54,950 nucleotides of DNA from Clostridiales bacterium (GTDB lineage Bacteria > Bacillota > Clostridia > Caldicoprobacterales > UBA3941), in the NCBI GenBank assembly GCA_012518395.1, contig JAAYSJ010000089.1, positions 1-54,950 of the forward strand. Reading direction: 5' to 3'. The notes beneath the pieces are model-generated. The model was not told where the DNA came from and did not search any database. It saw nothing but the letters and a program-made list of their open reading frames with translations. Made by a program: the position numbers and the translations under genes. This document shows positions 26,315-35,276 of this stretch, one piece after another (position 1 is the stretch's first letter; every line of letters begins with the position of its first letter).

Positions 26315-26374
26315 ATATGAATACTTGTTCACATATTACAGTATGATTTTATCAAGGATATGTGTCTTTGTCAA
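26315..26374 (-). promoter_or_regulatory. Sigma-A promoter plus ArsR-type operator for the cadC-cadA operon
   Basis: On the minus strand, TTGACA (26369-26374) is followed by 17 nt and then TAAAAT (26346-26351). Next comes the imperfect palindrome ATATGTGAACAAGTATTCATAT (26315-26336), with half-sites TGAACA and TATTCA. It lies just upstream of the ribosome-binding site. Confidence 0.65.
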
Positions 26375-26458
26375 TTAGGACTTTTATATAAAATGGAATA
26401 AGGAAGATATGAAATTAGCGCTTAAGTAAAGCATTCAACTGGATTTTATTATGGGGGG

Positions 26459-27187
26459 TTAATCAAACTGCAAGATTCCCAGTGCCTCGTATGTTTCTTC
26501 ATCGACAAAATGTGTGTATGGGAGACCCTGATCTTTTTTGAATTTTAAAAGGGCCTGTTTCATGCCCTCCCCATAGATACCGTCTATGGAGCCGTTATAA
26601 TACTCTTTCAATTTTAACCTAACTTGGACTTCCAATACATGAGATGTCCTATCCCCCGGTGCCAGTGTTTCCGTATAGCTACCTAAGTTTTTATAAGGGC
26701 CTCCGTATACAATAACCTTTGTATTATAAGGTACCTGACTATATAAATCCTCCACGTCAGAATTATGCATACGGAAACAACCCCCTGACGCCCTTTGCCC
26801 AATGGAATAAGGTTTATTGGTACCATGAATCCCATATATGCCCCAAGGAACATCTATTCCCATCCACCTGGAACCAAATCCTGTACCCCAATTTCGTGCT
26901 TTTGATGTAATCTTCCATACCCCTATAGGGGATGGACTATTATCCTTTCCCTGGGCAACGGGATATTTATTTACCAATTCCCCGTTCTTGAATAGATAAA
27001 GCATTGATTCGTTGAGATCTATAAAAATATCGTATTCCGAAGTCTGCTCTGGGGAGATAATTGTTTCACTGGAATGGGGTCTTATTTTCTCATCGGTTCC
27101 CTCCTTGATGGTGGTAGCATAAAGTAAAGCTATAAGCAAAATATAGAAAGCTACAAATCCAAATTTTCTGATACTCTTCTTGTTCAT
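26459..27187 (-). CDS. L,D-transpeptidase (YkuD domain) with a C-terminal peptidoglycan-binding domain
   Basis: Contains an N-terminal membrane anchor, the catalytic motif HGTNKPYSIGQRASGGCFRM, and a C-terminal PG_binding_1-like repeat (LKEYYNGSIDGIYGEGMKQALLKFQ-like). Confidence 0.85.
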   Translation of the reverse strand: MNKKSIRKFGFVAFYILLIALLYATTIKEGTDEKIRPHSSETIISPEQTSEYDIFIDLNESMLYLFKNGELVNKYPVAQGKDNSPSPIGVWKITSKARNWGTGFGSRWMGIDVPWGIYGIHGTNKPYSIGQRASGGCFRMHNSDVEDLYSQVPYNTKVIVYGGPYKNLGSYTETLAPGDRTSHVLEVQVRLKLKEYYNGSIDGIYGEGMKQALLKFKKDQGLPYTHFVDEETYEALGILQFD

Positions 27188-27283
27188 GTAACCACCTCAT
27201 CCCCCTTATCATTTTATTATATTCATCTAATTAGGGCATTAGACCCTTTCCTATATTGGGTCTTATTGTTAATAAAATATCGA

Positions 27284-27487
27284 GTAGGGCTGAATAATTA
27301 GTTTATTCAGCGTCTTCTCACACCACCGTACGTACAGTTCAGTATACGGCGGTTCATTAGAAATTAATGTACCATAAGATAGCGTTCAGATAAACGCTTG
27401 AGGAATTACCCCCAAGTTTGGAGTGGTTCCCACTACCATGCCCACAGCGGACTTTCACCGCCAAGTTACCGCCCATGCCGGGCACAC
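27284..27487 (-). mobile_element. Degenerate, ORF-less class C (IIC) group II intron remnant
   Basis: On the minus strand the 5' end reads GTGTGCCCGGCATGGG, directly after the terminator T-run. A domain-V-like hairpin, CCGCCGTATACTGAACTGTACGTACGGTGG (27323-27352), carries a CGC triad and an AC bulge. A further hairpin follows at 27290-27310, then CCCTAC. There is no reverse-transcriptase ORF. The 3' boundary is uncertain. Confidence 0.7.
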
Positions 27488-27512
27488 AAAAAAGGAACAC
27501 TTAATGTGTTCC
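27488..27512 (-). terminator. Intrinsic terminator of the aldolase (sugar) operon
   Basis: On the minus strand, GGAACAC-ATTAA-GTGTTCC is followed by T6. It lies 62 nt after the aldolase stop. Confidence 0.8.
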
Positions 27513-27573
27513 CTTCCGAGCAACCTGATTATTATTAAATTCAAAACATAAAGACAACTGAAAAATAGCTTAT

Positions 27574-28476
27574 TTAAACTGAAATTCTATTAGCAGTGCC
27601 GGAGACTTCGAAAAGATCACTTATAAGCTCTCTAACTTTTTCATAGACTAATTGTCTTCCTAATTCAATACCCCCTTCAGCGGCTCCATTTTGATATGCC
27701 TGTCTTATGTCTGCCCCTACGTTTATTTTTGCTATTCCATTTTTTATAGCTTCCAGAATATATTCTTTTTCTATACCTGAACCCCCATGTAATACAAGAG
27801 GTATTCCCGTATTTTCATTAAGCTTTTTTAAGTGGTTGATATTCAGTTTAGCTGTGGGCTTTGCCTGCCCTTTGGCCGCCTCTGATAGTGCCCCATGTAT
27901 ATTACCTATAGCCACTGATAGCCAATCGCATCCCGTCTCCTTTACAAACCTAGATGCTTCTTCCACTCTGGTAAAGCCTTTACCACTTTTAAAAATTTCA
28001 TCATAAGGCGGCATAGGCCCGGATTCGTGGCCAAGTACAGCTCCCAATTCAGCTTCACATGGAAGACCTGCTTCATGGGCTAAAATACAGATTTCTTTAG
28101 TTGATCTGATGTTTTCCTCCAAAGGTAACCTGGATCCATCAACCATCAAGGACATATAACCAAGGTCAATGGCTTCTTTAATTATACTGATATAATCAAC
28201 TGTTAAATAATCCTCGTCTACAACAGGAACATGATCCAAATGAAGACGAACATGATTATCATCTTTCCAATTAAGATATTCATCACGAACTGCACGTAAA
28301 CTCTTAGATTCAAATTTCATCCATTCCGGTCTTGCCACCTGAATAAGGGCAAAGGAATTCTCATCTCTCACCGCCTCTACAACAGCTTTTACCATAGGTA
28401 GGTAGGGAATGTTAAAGGCAGGTATAACAAACCCCTCTTTGTAAGCAATGTCAATTATTTGTTTTGTATTTATCAT
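27574..28476 (-). CDS. Class II ketose-bisphosphate aldolase family protein (FbaA/GatY/KbaY-like)
   Basis: Contains F_bP_aldolase motifs (VIPAFNIPYL, HLDH, EAELG, NIHG, VLHGGSG). The ATG at 28476 lies 5 nt after AGAGGGGA. The substrate is unknown. Confidence 0.85.
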   Translation of the reverse strand: MINTKQIIDIAYKEGFVIPAFNIPYLPMVKAVVEAVRDENSFALIQVARPEWMKFESKSLRAVRDEYLNWKDDNHVRLHLDHVPVVDEDYLTVDYISIIKEAIDLGYMSLMVDGSRLPLEENIRSTKEICILAHEAGLPCEAELGAVLGHESGPMPPYDEIFKSGKGFTRVEEASRFVKETGCDWLSVAIGNIHGALSEAAKGQAKPTAKLNINHLKKLNENTGIPLVLHGGSGIEKEYILEAIKNGIAKINVGADIRQAYQNGAAEGGIELGRQLVYEKVRELISDLFEVSGTANRISV

Positions 28477-28522
28477 ATTTATCCCCTCTTTATGCTTTAA
28501 CTGCATTGTTAATGGTTCACCC

Positions 28523-29680
28523 TTAGAGATTATAGACTTTGACTATCTTTTTAACAAGCTCCATTTCATTTTGCAGCTTACAGTCAGAAATAAGAAATTC
28601 TTCTATACCTTTATTTTTAATTAAAGATTGCATCAAAACAGCTGCCTCATCCTCTTTGTTGTCATACCTAAGACCAATTACTATCCCATCTATGAGATTC
28701 AATGGTTCAATCCCCATCTGGGTGCAATATAATGCAGCTCCAACCAACCTATCATTTGCATGCAATTTTCTCAAGGGATCTTTTCCTACCCTGGCTACGG
28801 TGTCGCCGAGTGCCCTGTTAGAAAATCGGTTTAATAGATCCTCAATGTGCGATTCAATTTCTTTGTCGGGGACACCGTATTCCTTTACCAAAGCTTTCTT
28901 GGTTTCTACCATTGCTGACCTGACCTTTGCTTTCATCTCTTTATTAGCAACACACTCGTAGATATAGCGATAATTTCTTTGCCATCCATAATAAGCAAAC
29001 ATAGAATGAGCCATATTATGTATAAATAATTTCCTCTTAATATAGTAGCCAAAAGGTGAATAAGGAACCAAGTTATTAATTTCTGGAATATTACCAACAA
29101 ATGCTGCTTTATCGACAGGAAGCCTGTCGTAAGGTTCAACCCATACCCTGAGGATATTGCCTTCTCTCATCTCGTCAGTCATTATGGGCACCATTCTACC
29201 TATGGATGCCTCTATCAAACCCAATTTCTTATCAAGTATTTCTTTGTATTCCTCGCCCATCTCCTCTTCGATAAGTCCCCTTAAATAACTGCTTCCATCA
29301 ATTATATTTTCACATATTAAAATATTTAAAGGGCCGCCAGATCTGTCAAATCTCTTTCTAAGACCAGCGCATATAGGTTTAATAATCTTAGGCAGTACAT
29401 TTACTCCTACAGAAGTAGCCATAATGTCGGCCTCCGCAATCTCTTCTGCTACCAGATCCAGATCTAAACCATTAACGGCACGGACGTCTTTTACCAGCAC
29501 TTCCTCCTTTCCCTCGTTAGATACAATTTTTACAGGATAGATCCTGTCCTGGTTCAATTGATCAACGAGTTCCTTAACTACATCAACAAAACATACCTCG
29601 TAGCCTGACTCCGATAAAGTCTTACCGATAAAACCCCTACCGATATTACCGGCTCCATACATTACTGCCTTCTTCTTCAT
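28523..29680 (-). CDS. mtlD: Mannitol-1-phosphate 5-dehydrogenase family protein
   Basis: The N-terminal Rossmann motif (YGAGNIGRGFIGKTLSESGYEVCFVDV) closely resembles MtlD, and the length (385 aa) is typical. The true substrate is not established. Confidence 0.75.
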   Translation of the reverse strand: MKKKAVMYGAGNIGRGFIGKTLSESGYEVCFVDVVKELVDQLNQDRIYPVKIVSNEGKEEVLVKDVRAVNGLDLDLVAEEIAEADIMATSVGVNVLPKIIKPICAGLRKRFDRSGGPLNILICENIIDGSSYLRGLIEEEMGEEYKEILDKKLGLIEASIGRMVPIMTDEMREGNILRVWVEPYDRLPVDKAAFVGNIPEINNLVPYSPFGYYIKRKLFIHNMAHSMFAYYGWQRNYRYIYECVANKEMKAKVRSAMVETKKALVKEYGVPDKEIESHIEDLLNRFSNRALGDTVARVGKDPLRKLHANDRLVGAALYCTQMGIEPLNLIDGIVIGLRYDNKEDEAAVLMQSLIKNKGIEEFLISDCKLQNEMELVKKIVKVYNL

Positions 29681-31177
29681 TTATCTCACAGCTTTCAATA
29701 GATTATATAAAAGTTTATATTTTTCATATCGTTCGTTGTAATACTCTCTTCTTTTCCCATCAGGGTAGTAATAGTTTTTTATTTTTGATAGGGCGCTGGC
29801 TGCCTCGGAAATCGAATCATAACTCCCTGCAGCTACTCCAGCTAAAATAGCAGTACCCAGGGTTCCTGCCTCCTCAAACTCCATAGCTGCAATCTTCTTT
29901 CCTAGAATATCAGCCCTGATTTGAAGCCACTGAGGTGACCTGGATCCTCCCCCTACCGTTCTTAGCTCCCCAATGCTAATATCGTTAGCCTCGAGAACCT
30001 CAATATTGTGCTTCATCTCAAAGGTTTCGCCCTCCATACATGCCTTATAGATTGTCCCTCTCTCTGTCCCTAAAGTAAGATTGATTATTGCACCTTTGGC
30101 GTGTATGTCGGGATTTGGGGTAGACGATCCTACGAAATGGGGAAGCACAAAGAGATCAGTTGGATCCTTGGGCATCTCGTTATCTAGGATATGGTAGATT
30201 TTAAGATTATCCCTCTCGGCTATTTCTTTGTCTTTTGACGCAAAGGTATCCCTAAACCATTTGAGTAAAGACCCGCCGGTCATATTAAAAGCATAGGTCA
30301 CATAAATATCTTCAAACAAAAAGGGTACACTGGCATAGGAGGATTTCAACATGCTATTATTTATTCTTGTTCCTTTAAATACGGGGGTTATACAATCAAC
30401 AGTACCAATACCATTCACTGCCCGCCCAGGCTCAGTTACCCCTGCTCCTACGGCAGCCATTATCTGATCATGACCTCCAAGAACCAGTTTTATTCCCTTA
30501 TTTATACCCAGTTCGTCAGCCAGGCTTGGGGTGATCTCACCGACAACAGTACCTGTAGCCTTGGTTTCTGGGAATATCCTTGGATCTAGGCCTGCAGCCT
30601 CAATTATATTCTTTGACCACTCTTTAGATCCTATGTCAAAGCACATAGTCCTTGCCGCAAGTGAATAGTCGGCAATATATTGGCCCCCAAGCTTATGCAG
30701 TATATAATCACCATAAAAGAGTATTTTAGCTGTTCTTTCAATAATTGCTGGATTATTTTTATGTTGCCACATAAGTTTAGAAATAGAATACATAGGGTGG
30801 GGTGGATGCCCGGTAATATTCATTATCTCCATTGCGCCCACAATACCCACGAGATCCTCGCATTCCTTTTCCCCACGCTTATCCATATATATAGGGGTAT
30901 TGCCCAGCTCAGCACCTGCTTTATCCAGCATCACATAGGCTTCACCAAAGGATGAGGTGCATAGGGCTTTGATGTTGATGTTGCCTGCCTTTTTATTTGC
31001 CTTTTTAATAATACCCTTGACTGTTCTCCAAACTACCCTAGGGTCTAATTCAAAATGGCCATGTTCATTAGTAGTAACGTCATATTCCCCATATTCATAG
31101 GAGAGTATCCTTCCTTGCTCGTCAAAAATTGTAGCTTTTGCGCCAGTCGTGCCAATATCTAGACCAATTAGTGCCAT
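29681..31177 (-). CDS. FGGY-family carbohydrate kinase
   Basis: Contains the N-terminal motif LIGLDIGTTGAKATIF and the C-terminal FGGY signature (GGGSRSPQWLQIRADILG). The ATG at 31177 lies just after the upstream stop. Confidence 0.88.
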   Translation of the reverse strand: MALIGLDIGTTGAKATIFDEQGRILSYEYGEYDVTTNEHGHFELDPRVVWRTVKGIIKKANKKAGNINIKALCTSSFGEAYVMLDKAGAELGNTPIYMDKRGEKECEDLVGIVGAMEIMNITGHPPHPMYSISKLMWQHKNNPAIIERTAKILFYGDYILHKLGGQYIADYSLAARTMCFDIGSKEWSKNIIEAAGLDPRIFPETKATGTVVGEITPSLADELGINKGIKLVLGGHDQIMAAVGAGVTEPGRAVNGIGTVDCITPVFKGTRINNSMLKSSYASVPFLFEDIYVTYAFNMTGGSLLKWFRDTFASKDKEIAERDNLKIYHILDNEMPKDPTDLFVLPHFVGSSTPNPDIHAKGAIINLTLGTERGTIYKACMEGETFEMKHNIEVLEANDISIGELRTVGGGSRSPQWLQIRADILGKKIAAMEFEEAGTLGTAILAGVAAGSYDSISEAASALSKIKNYYYPDGKRREYYNERYEKYKLLYNLLKAVR

Positions 31178-31178
31178 A

Positions 31179-32243
31179 TCATATCCCACCAATACTTTTC
31201 AGAAATTCATCAATTTCCTTATTTCCGTCAATTACACCGATTTCAACTTCTATCTTTCTCTCTTCGTGTCCCTTCAATATAGGCAATAGCCCTTTCTCCC
31301 GCAATTCTTTTCTGGAATAGCAGAAGGTATTTGATGGCTCTAGAGCTAGTACGTAATCCAACTCATCCTCAACTTTCCAATGGTTCAGATACGGTAACAC
31401 CCTAGGATCAAATTTAATGTATACAGCCAATCCGTCCATCAATTCCCTATTAGCTATTATAGCATATGCAGCTCCTTTATTCTCATCGAAGCTATGCCAA
31501 TAATTCTTTTCATAGTTGTTATTACCGGGTTTTTCAAAGGAATAGATATCGTCAATAAATCCTTGTGAATAATCATCATAGGCATGATATTCAGCGGATG
31601 TTACATATACTTCTGAATGTTCGTCCAATAAAGGGTAGCCAAAGTTGATATGATAAAGAATAGTAAATGGGGAATCTTTGCTTTTGATATTCCGGACTCT
31701 ATCCTCAATAGTTATCACAGACTTCCCGATTTTGGAATGGATGTCCCTTAAAACTACATGCATATTTCCATACAATACGCTTTCCTCTACCCTACCAGTT
31801 ATTCTAATTTCACCGGTATCAAAGTCGGACAGATCACATACTCTAGTAGCTGGTATCGAACTATGCCTACCATGCAGCCCCAGCTCTTCACCATCGTCAA
31901 TACAGGGTGGCCCTAGATATGTTGTGCCACATGTAGTCAAAAGACCCCCAAAAAATGTTCTTAGCCATTCCGAGCCCTGGCTTTCATAGAATGCAGGATT
32001 AACTTCACCGTTGTTTGTCAGATAGACTAGATTTATGCCTTTATATGAAGCCAGGGAAATATCCATTCCTCTGTCCTTGACAACTGTATATTCAAGTCCT
32101 GAACCAGTTTTTACGTCGACAGCCCTTGTACCATAGTTATTGCCCTCAGAGAGAATATAATGCCTTGTCCCGGCTGCTTGAAAAGTATTGCCCATTCTCT
32201 TAAAAGCTTCCCGTCTTTTGGTTTCTGTGCTGAGATTAAACAT
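31179..32243 (-). CDS. Aldose-1-epimerase-like (DUF4432-type) protein
   Basis: 354 aa. The sequence style is mutarotase-like and beta-rich (GLEYTVVKDRGMDISLASYKGINLVYL). The ATG lies 6 nt after GGAGGGG. The family assignment is from memory of DUF4432 proteins. Confidence 0.55.
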   Translation of the reverse strand: MFNLSTETKRREAFKRMGNTFQAAGTRHYILSEGNNYGTRAVDVKTGSGLEYTVVKDRGMDISLASYKGINLVYLTNNGEVNPAFYESQGSEWLRTFFGGLLTTCGTTYLGPPCIDDGEELGLHGRHSSIPATRVCDLSDFDTGEIRITGRVEESVLYGNMHVVLRDIHSKIGKSVITIEDRVRNIKSKDSPFTILYHINFGYPLLDEHSEVYVTSAEYHAYDDYSQGFIDDIYSFEKPGNNNYEKNYWHSFDENKGAAYAIIANRELMDGLAVYIKFDPRVLPYLNHWKVEDELDYVLALEPSNTFCYSRKELREKGLLPILKGHEERKIEVEIGVIDGNKEIDEFLKSIGGI

Positions 32244-32474
32244 TGAACCCCTCCAATCTCATATTAATAGATTCACACCTTAAAACAAATCCTGTGGCAT
32301 ATCCTTATTTCCAACTGAAACTTCTGAGGTCTCAGATACCCCAAGTGCTGCAAGCCATGAATCAGGGGCCTAAGTTTTTGTTTCAGATCAATCATGGGAA
32401 TACACCACAGGTTCTGTTTAAAGCTTTATTGGGCTTCGCATAAAAACTCTATCTATTTAAGTATTGAATACTTT

Positions 32475-33863
32475 CTATAGAAGAGTAATCTTAAAGTCCA
32501 TGATCTCGCAAAAATCTACCATGGTATCGTATATCTCGTCCCCATAAGCTAATATTGCATATTCATTGTTCCAGTTTTGAACTAATTTTTCGATATCACC
32601 CTCAGCTTTGACAAAGGCATGGGGCCAGAAGGGGATACCACACTCCAGCTTTCTCTTCTCAACCTCATCTGCTGGTGGTTCAAAGATGCTGCATTTTGCC
32701 ATGATCATTTCAAATTCTCCATCATTTCGATAGAGTCTGCATAATACTCCAGTGCCCTCTTTAGCAACCAAATCTACTGACAGACCGCCTGCAGATCCTT
32801 CCGTAGGAATACCATGAGAAGCAAAGGAAGCTTTACCGCCACTGAATTTTCCCGCCAAGGATGGGGGAACTGTACCATCGGCAATAATCTTAATTTCATT
32901 TTTTGCTTTGTCAATATTCTGCAGATCACCATAATAGACTGGATCAGTACTTAATGCGTTAAGCAAAATCACTGTCATTAAGGAATTAAAATCTGATAGT
33001 GGCGAGGTTGGAACACGTTCCTCAAGCATCATGCTCTGTAAAAAGCATGTTGCAGAATAGTCGTCACCCAGCCCTGGAAAGGATTGAACTGTGTAAAAAT
33101 CAAATCCCATTTCTTCTTTTAGCGCTTTCATAGCCAAAAACAATCTCAAGGATCTGTCGGTTTCAGGATTATCTTCTGGAATCTCATGGAAATATTTATC
33201 CAGAGATAATCTTAATTTTTCTACATCCTCTTTATCAATGCTTTTTGCTTTATTTATAAGTAATGTGGTATCCCTGGAATCAATGTCTATTCCGAAAGTC
33301 TTGGTCCATTGGGAAGGATCCGCGACTCCGCAATTTTGGCCCATGCCCCTTCCACCGAAGGAACAGACCGTTGTAAGATTCAGCATTCTGATAAGGGCGC
33401 TGGCACGACAATAGCTGACTATCTTGTTAAGTTCACAGTCATCGTCAGCTTCACCAAAGACAAATCGATGTTTCAACCCAATTTCTTTAAGAGCGGCTGT
33501 TAATACCAACCCACCAACCGGTCTCCAGCCCTGAGAACCCGGATGAGTCCATATCACTATCGCTTTGCCTGTAGTAGCAAAGTCTCTAATGGCAGATAGC
33601 ATGTGAGCAGACCATACCCAAGTCCCGGTAAAAAGTACCACAGCATCAATAGTATCATCTTTCTTATACTTGGAAAATGCTTCTACTGCTTCATTTTTAA
33701 AAGATACTACAGTGTCATGCTCGTCCAGTTCCAGTCCCTTGCTCCTTAGGGCCAACTTTGATTTTTCGATCAAAGCATCATCGATAAAATTTTGACCCAT
33801 AGGATCCTTCAAGCCATCCTTGTGAACACCATAAACGATAAATCCTACCTTCGTTTTTATCAT
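32475..33863 (-). CDS. L-fucose/L-arabinose isomerase-family sugar isomerase (COG2407-like)
   Basis: 462 aa. The N-terminal flavodoxin-like segment (KVGFIVYGVH..., AVVLFTGTWVWS) and the overall size resemble this family. The ATG lies 5 nt after GGAGG. The specific function is unknown. Confidence 0.5.
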   Translation of the reverse strand: MIKTKVGFIVYGVHKDGLKDPMGQNFIDDALIEKSKLALRSKGLELDEHDTVVSFKNEAVEAFSKYKKDDTIDAVVLFTGTWVWSAHMLSAIRDFATTGKAIVIWTHPGSQGWRPVGGLVLTAALKEIGLKHRFVFGEADDDCELNKIVSYCRASALIRMLNLTTVCSFGGRGMGQNCGVADPSQWTKTFGIDIDSRDTTLLINKAKSIDKEDVEKLRLSLDKYFHEIPEDNPETDRSLRLFLAMKALKEEMGFDFYTVQSFPGLGDDYSATCFLQSMMLEERVPTSPLSDFNSLMTVILLNALSTDPVYYGDLQNIDKAKNEIKIIADGTVPPSLAGKFSGGKASFASHGIPTEGSAGGLSVDLVAKEGTGVLCRLYRNDGEFEMIMAKCSIFEPPADEVEKRKLECGIPFWPHAFVKAEGDIEKLVQNWNNEYAILAYGDEIYDTMVDFCEIMDFKITLL

Positions 33864-33914
33864 AGCAACCTCCTATAGTATTTTATTAAATTAACCTTTA
33901 GGTTAATTCTACTC

Positions 33915-35081
33915 TCAAGCCCAGGAACAAAAGAAGTCTTCGATGTTTTCCAGAGCAAATCTGACCGCCCCATATACATTGGCTTCACTGCCCAATTCGG
34001 AACATACAAGGTCAGGTATAAAAGGGATGTTGGATTCCATCATTTTCTTCCATTCGGGGATAAGAATCCTGCCGACATTAATCCCTATACCTCCGGAAAG
34101 AATGATCGCCTCGGGGTTTATTAAAGAAGAGATATTAATTAGTATAACTCCTAAGTATTTCTGGATCCTTGTGAGAATCTCCTCCCTTTTTCTAATAGCC
34201 CCAGGAGTATCCAAACTAAATAATTCTTTTAATGAAGAAACCCCTAGTTCAGAATTTTCTATTTCCATATCTATGGATTTGCCGGAAATCAATTGCTCTA
34301 AGGATCCTTCATCACTATATTTTTCCAGAATAAACTCCGGTGAGACTGCGGTATAGGCAATTTCACCTGCAGCACCGCTGCCGGTAAATAGATTGCGATT
34401 CAATATAAGGGCGCTACCAATTCCTATACTATAGTTTAAATATATAAAGTTCCTATAATCAGTCCCGCAACCCCTCCACATTTCAGCTATTGCCCCTAAA
34501 TTGACACTGTTTTCAATTACTACCGGACAATTGAAAATCTCTGTTAGACCTTCGGTTATATTGATGCTGCTCCAGCCAGTTGTATAGGGAATCAAGTCAA
34601 TTCTATTTGTTTTTTTGTTTAACACGCCAGGGGTACCTATACCCAGGCACATAATATCGTTAAAGTTTACTCCACTTTTTTTAATAGCTTTGTTGACGAG
34701 GTTATTTAATTGTTTGGCTATTTTTTTGTCATCACTTTTATCTTCCACTTTGTCGGATAGAGTAACAAGAGAATTTCCCAATAAATCTGATATTTTTAAC
34801 CGTATATAGGATCTGCCCAAATCTATGCCTATCACATATCCTCTCTTTGCATTAAGCTTTAACAAAGTGGACTTTCGACCCATAATATTGTTACCCTCGC
34901 CTATTTCGTGTATGTATTTGTTTTCAATGAGGTAATTAACATTGTTGGAAACAGATGGGAAGCTCAGACTAAGGTGCCTTGAAATATCAGCCCTGGAAAG
35001 GGGACCTTCGTTTCTCAATAGTTCAATGATCGTTTTTTTGTTCTCTATGCCCAAGCTTTCCGAAGTTAAAATTTTAGTCAT
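33915..35081 (-). CDS. ROK-family transcriptional regulator
   Basis: Contains an N-terminal winged helix-turn-helix (IIELLRNEGPLSRADISRHLSLSFPSVSNNV) and a ROK sugar-kinase-like body (IGIDLGRSYIR, GAAGEIAY). Confidence 0.85.
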   Translation of the reverse strand: MTKILTSESLGIENKKTIIELLRNEGPLSRADISRHLSLSFPSVSNNVNYLIENKYIHEIGEGNNIMGRKSTLLKLNAKRGYVIGIDLGRSYIRLKISDLLGNSLVTLSDKVEDKSDDKKIAKQLNNLVNKAIKKSGVNFNDIMCLGIGTPGVLNKKTNRIDLIPYTTGWSSINITEGLTEIFNCPVVIENSVNLGAIAEMWRGCGTDYRNFIYLNYSIGIGSALILNRNLFTGSGAAGEIAYTAVSPEFILEKYSDEGSLEQLISGKSIDMEIENSELGVSSLKELFSLDTPGAIRKREEILTRIQKYLGVILINISSLINPEAIILSGGIGINVGRILIPEWKKMMESNIPFIPDLVCSELGSEANVYGAVRFALENIEDFFCSWA

Positions 35082-35221
35082 TTAAACACCACTTACTTAG
35101 TTAGCCTTATTAAGTATCTTACCTATAAATTATCCATTTGTCAATAGTTATTTAAAAATCAAAGAAAGGTGAGCTAGGGTTTATTAAAATATAATTGAAT
35201 AGGGTAATCAAAAATAATATT

Positions 35222-35263
35222 AAACAGCCACTGTTCATATTTGACATGAACCAGCGGCTGTTT
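35222..35263 (-). terminator. Terminator-like hairpin after the ABC importer genes
   Basis: AAACAGCCACTGTTCAT (35222-35238) pairs with ATGAACCAGCGGCTGTTT (35246-35263), with one mismatch and one bulge. On the minus strand it is followed by an AT-rich tract containing TTTTT. Confidence 0.6.
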
Positions 35264-35276
35264 AAATCTACACTTT

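Noticed and set aside
28539-28961. Long antisense ORFs inside well-supported genes. Examples: 28539-28961, 33943-34356, 40651-40995, 44549-44944 and 18812-19162, all on the plus strand.
   Set aside because: Each lies wholly within a minus-strand gene that has strong family motifs. The translations are Ser/Pro/Ile-rich antisense artefacts.
32243-32443. Plus-strand 66-aa ORF in the isomerase/DUF4432 gap.
   Set aside because: It has no ribosome-binding site, runs opposite to the whole operon and has an unremarkable composition. The region is better explained as structured non-coding RNA.
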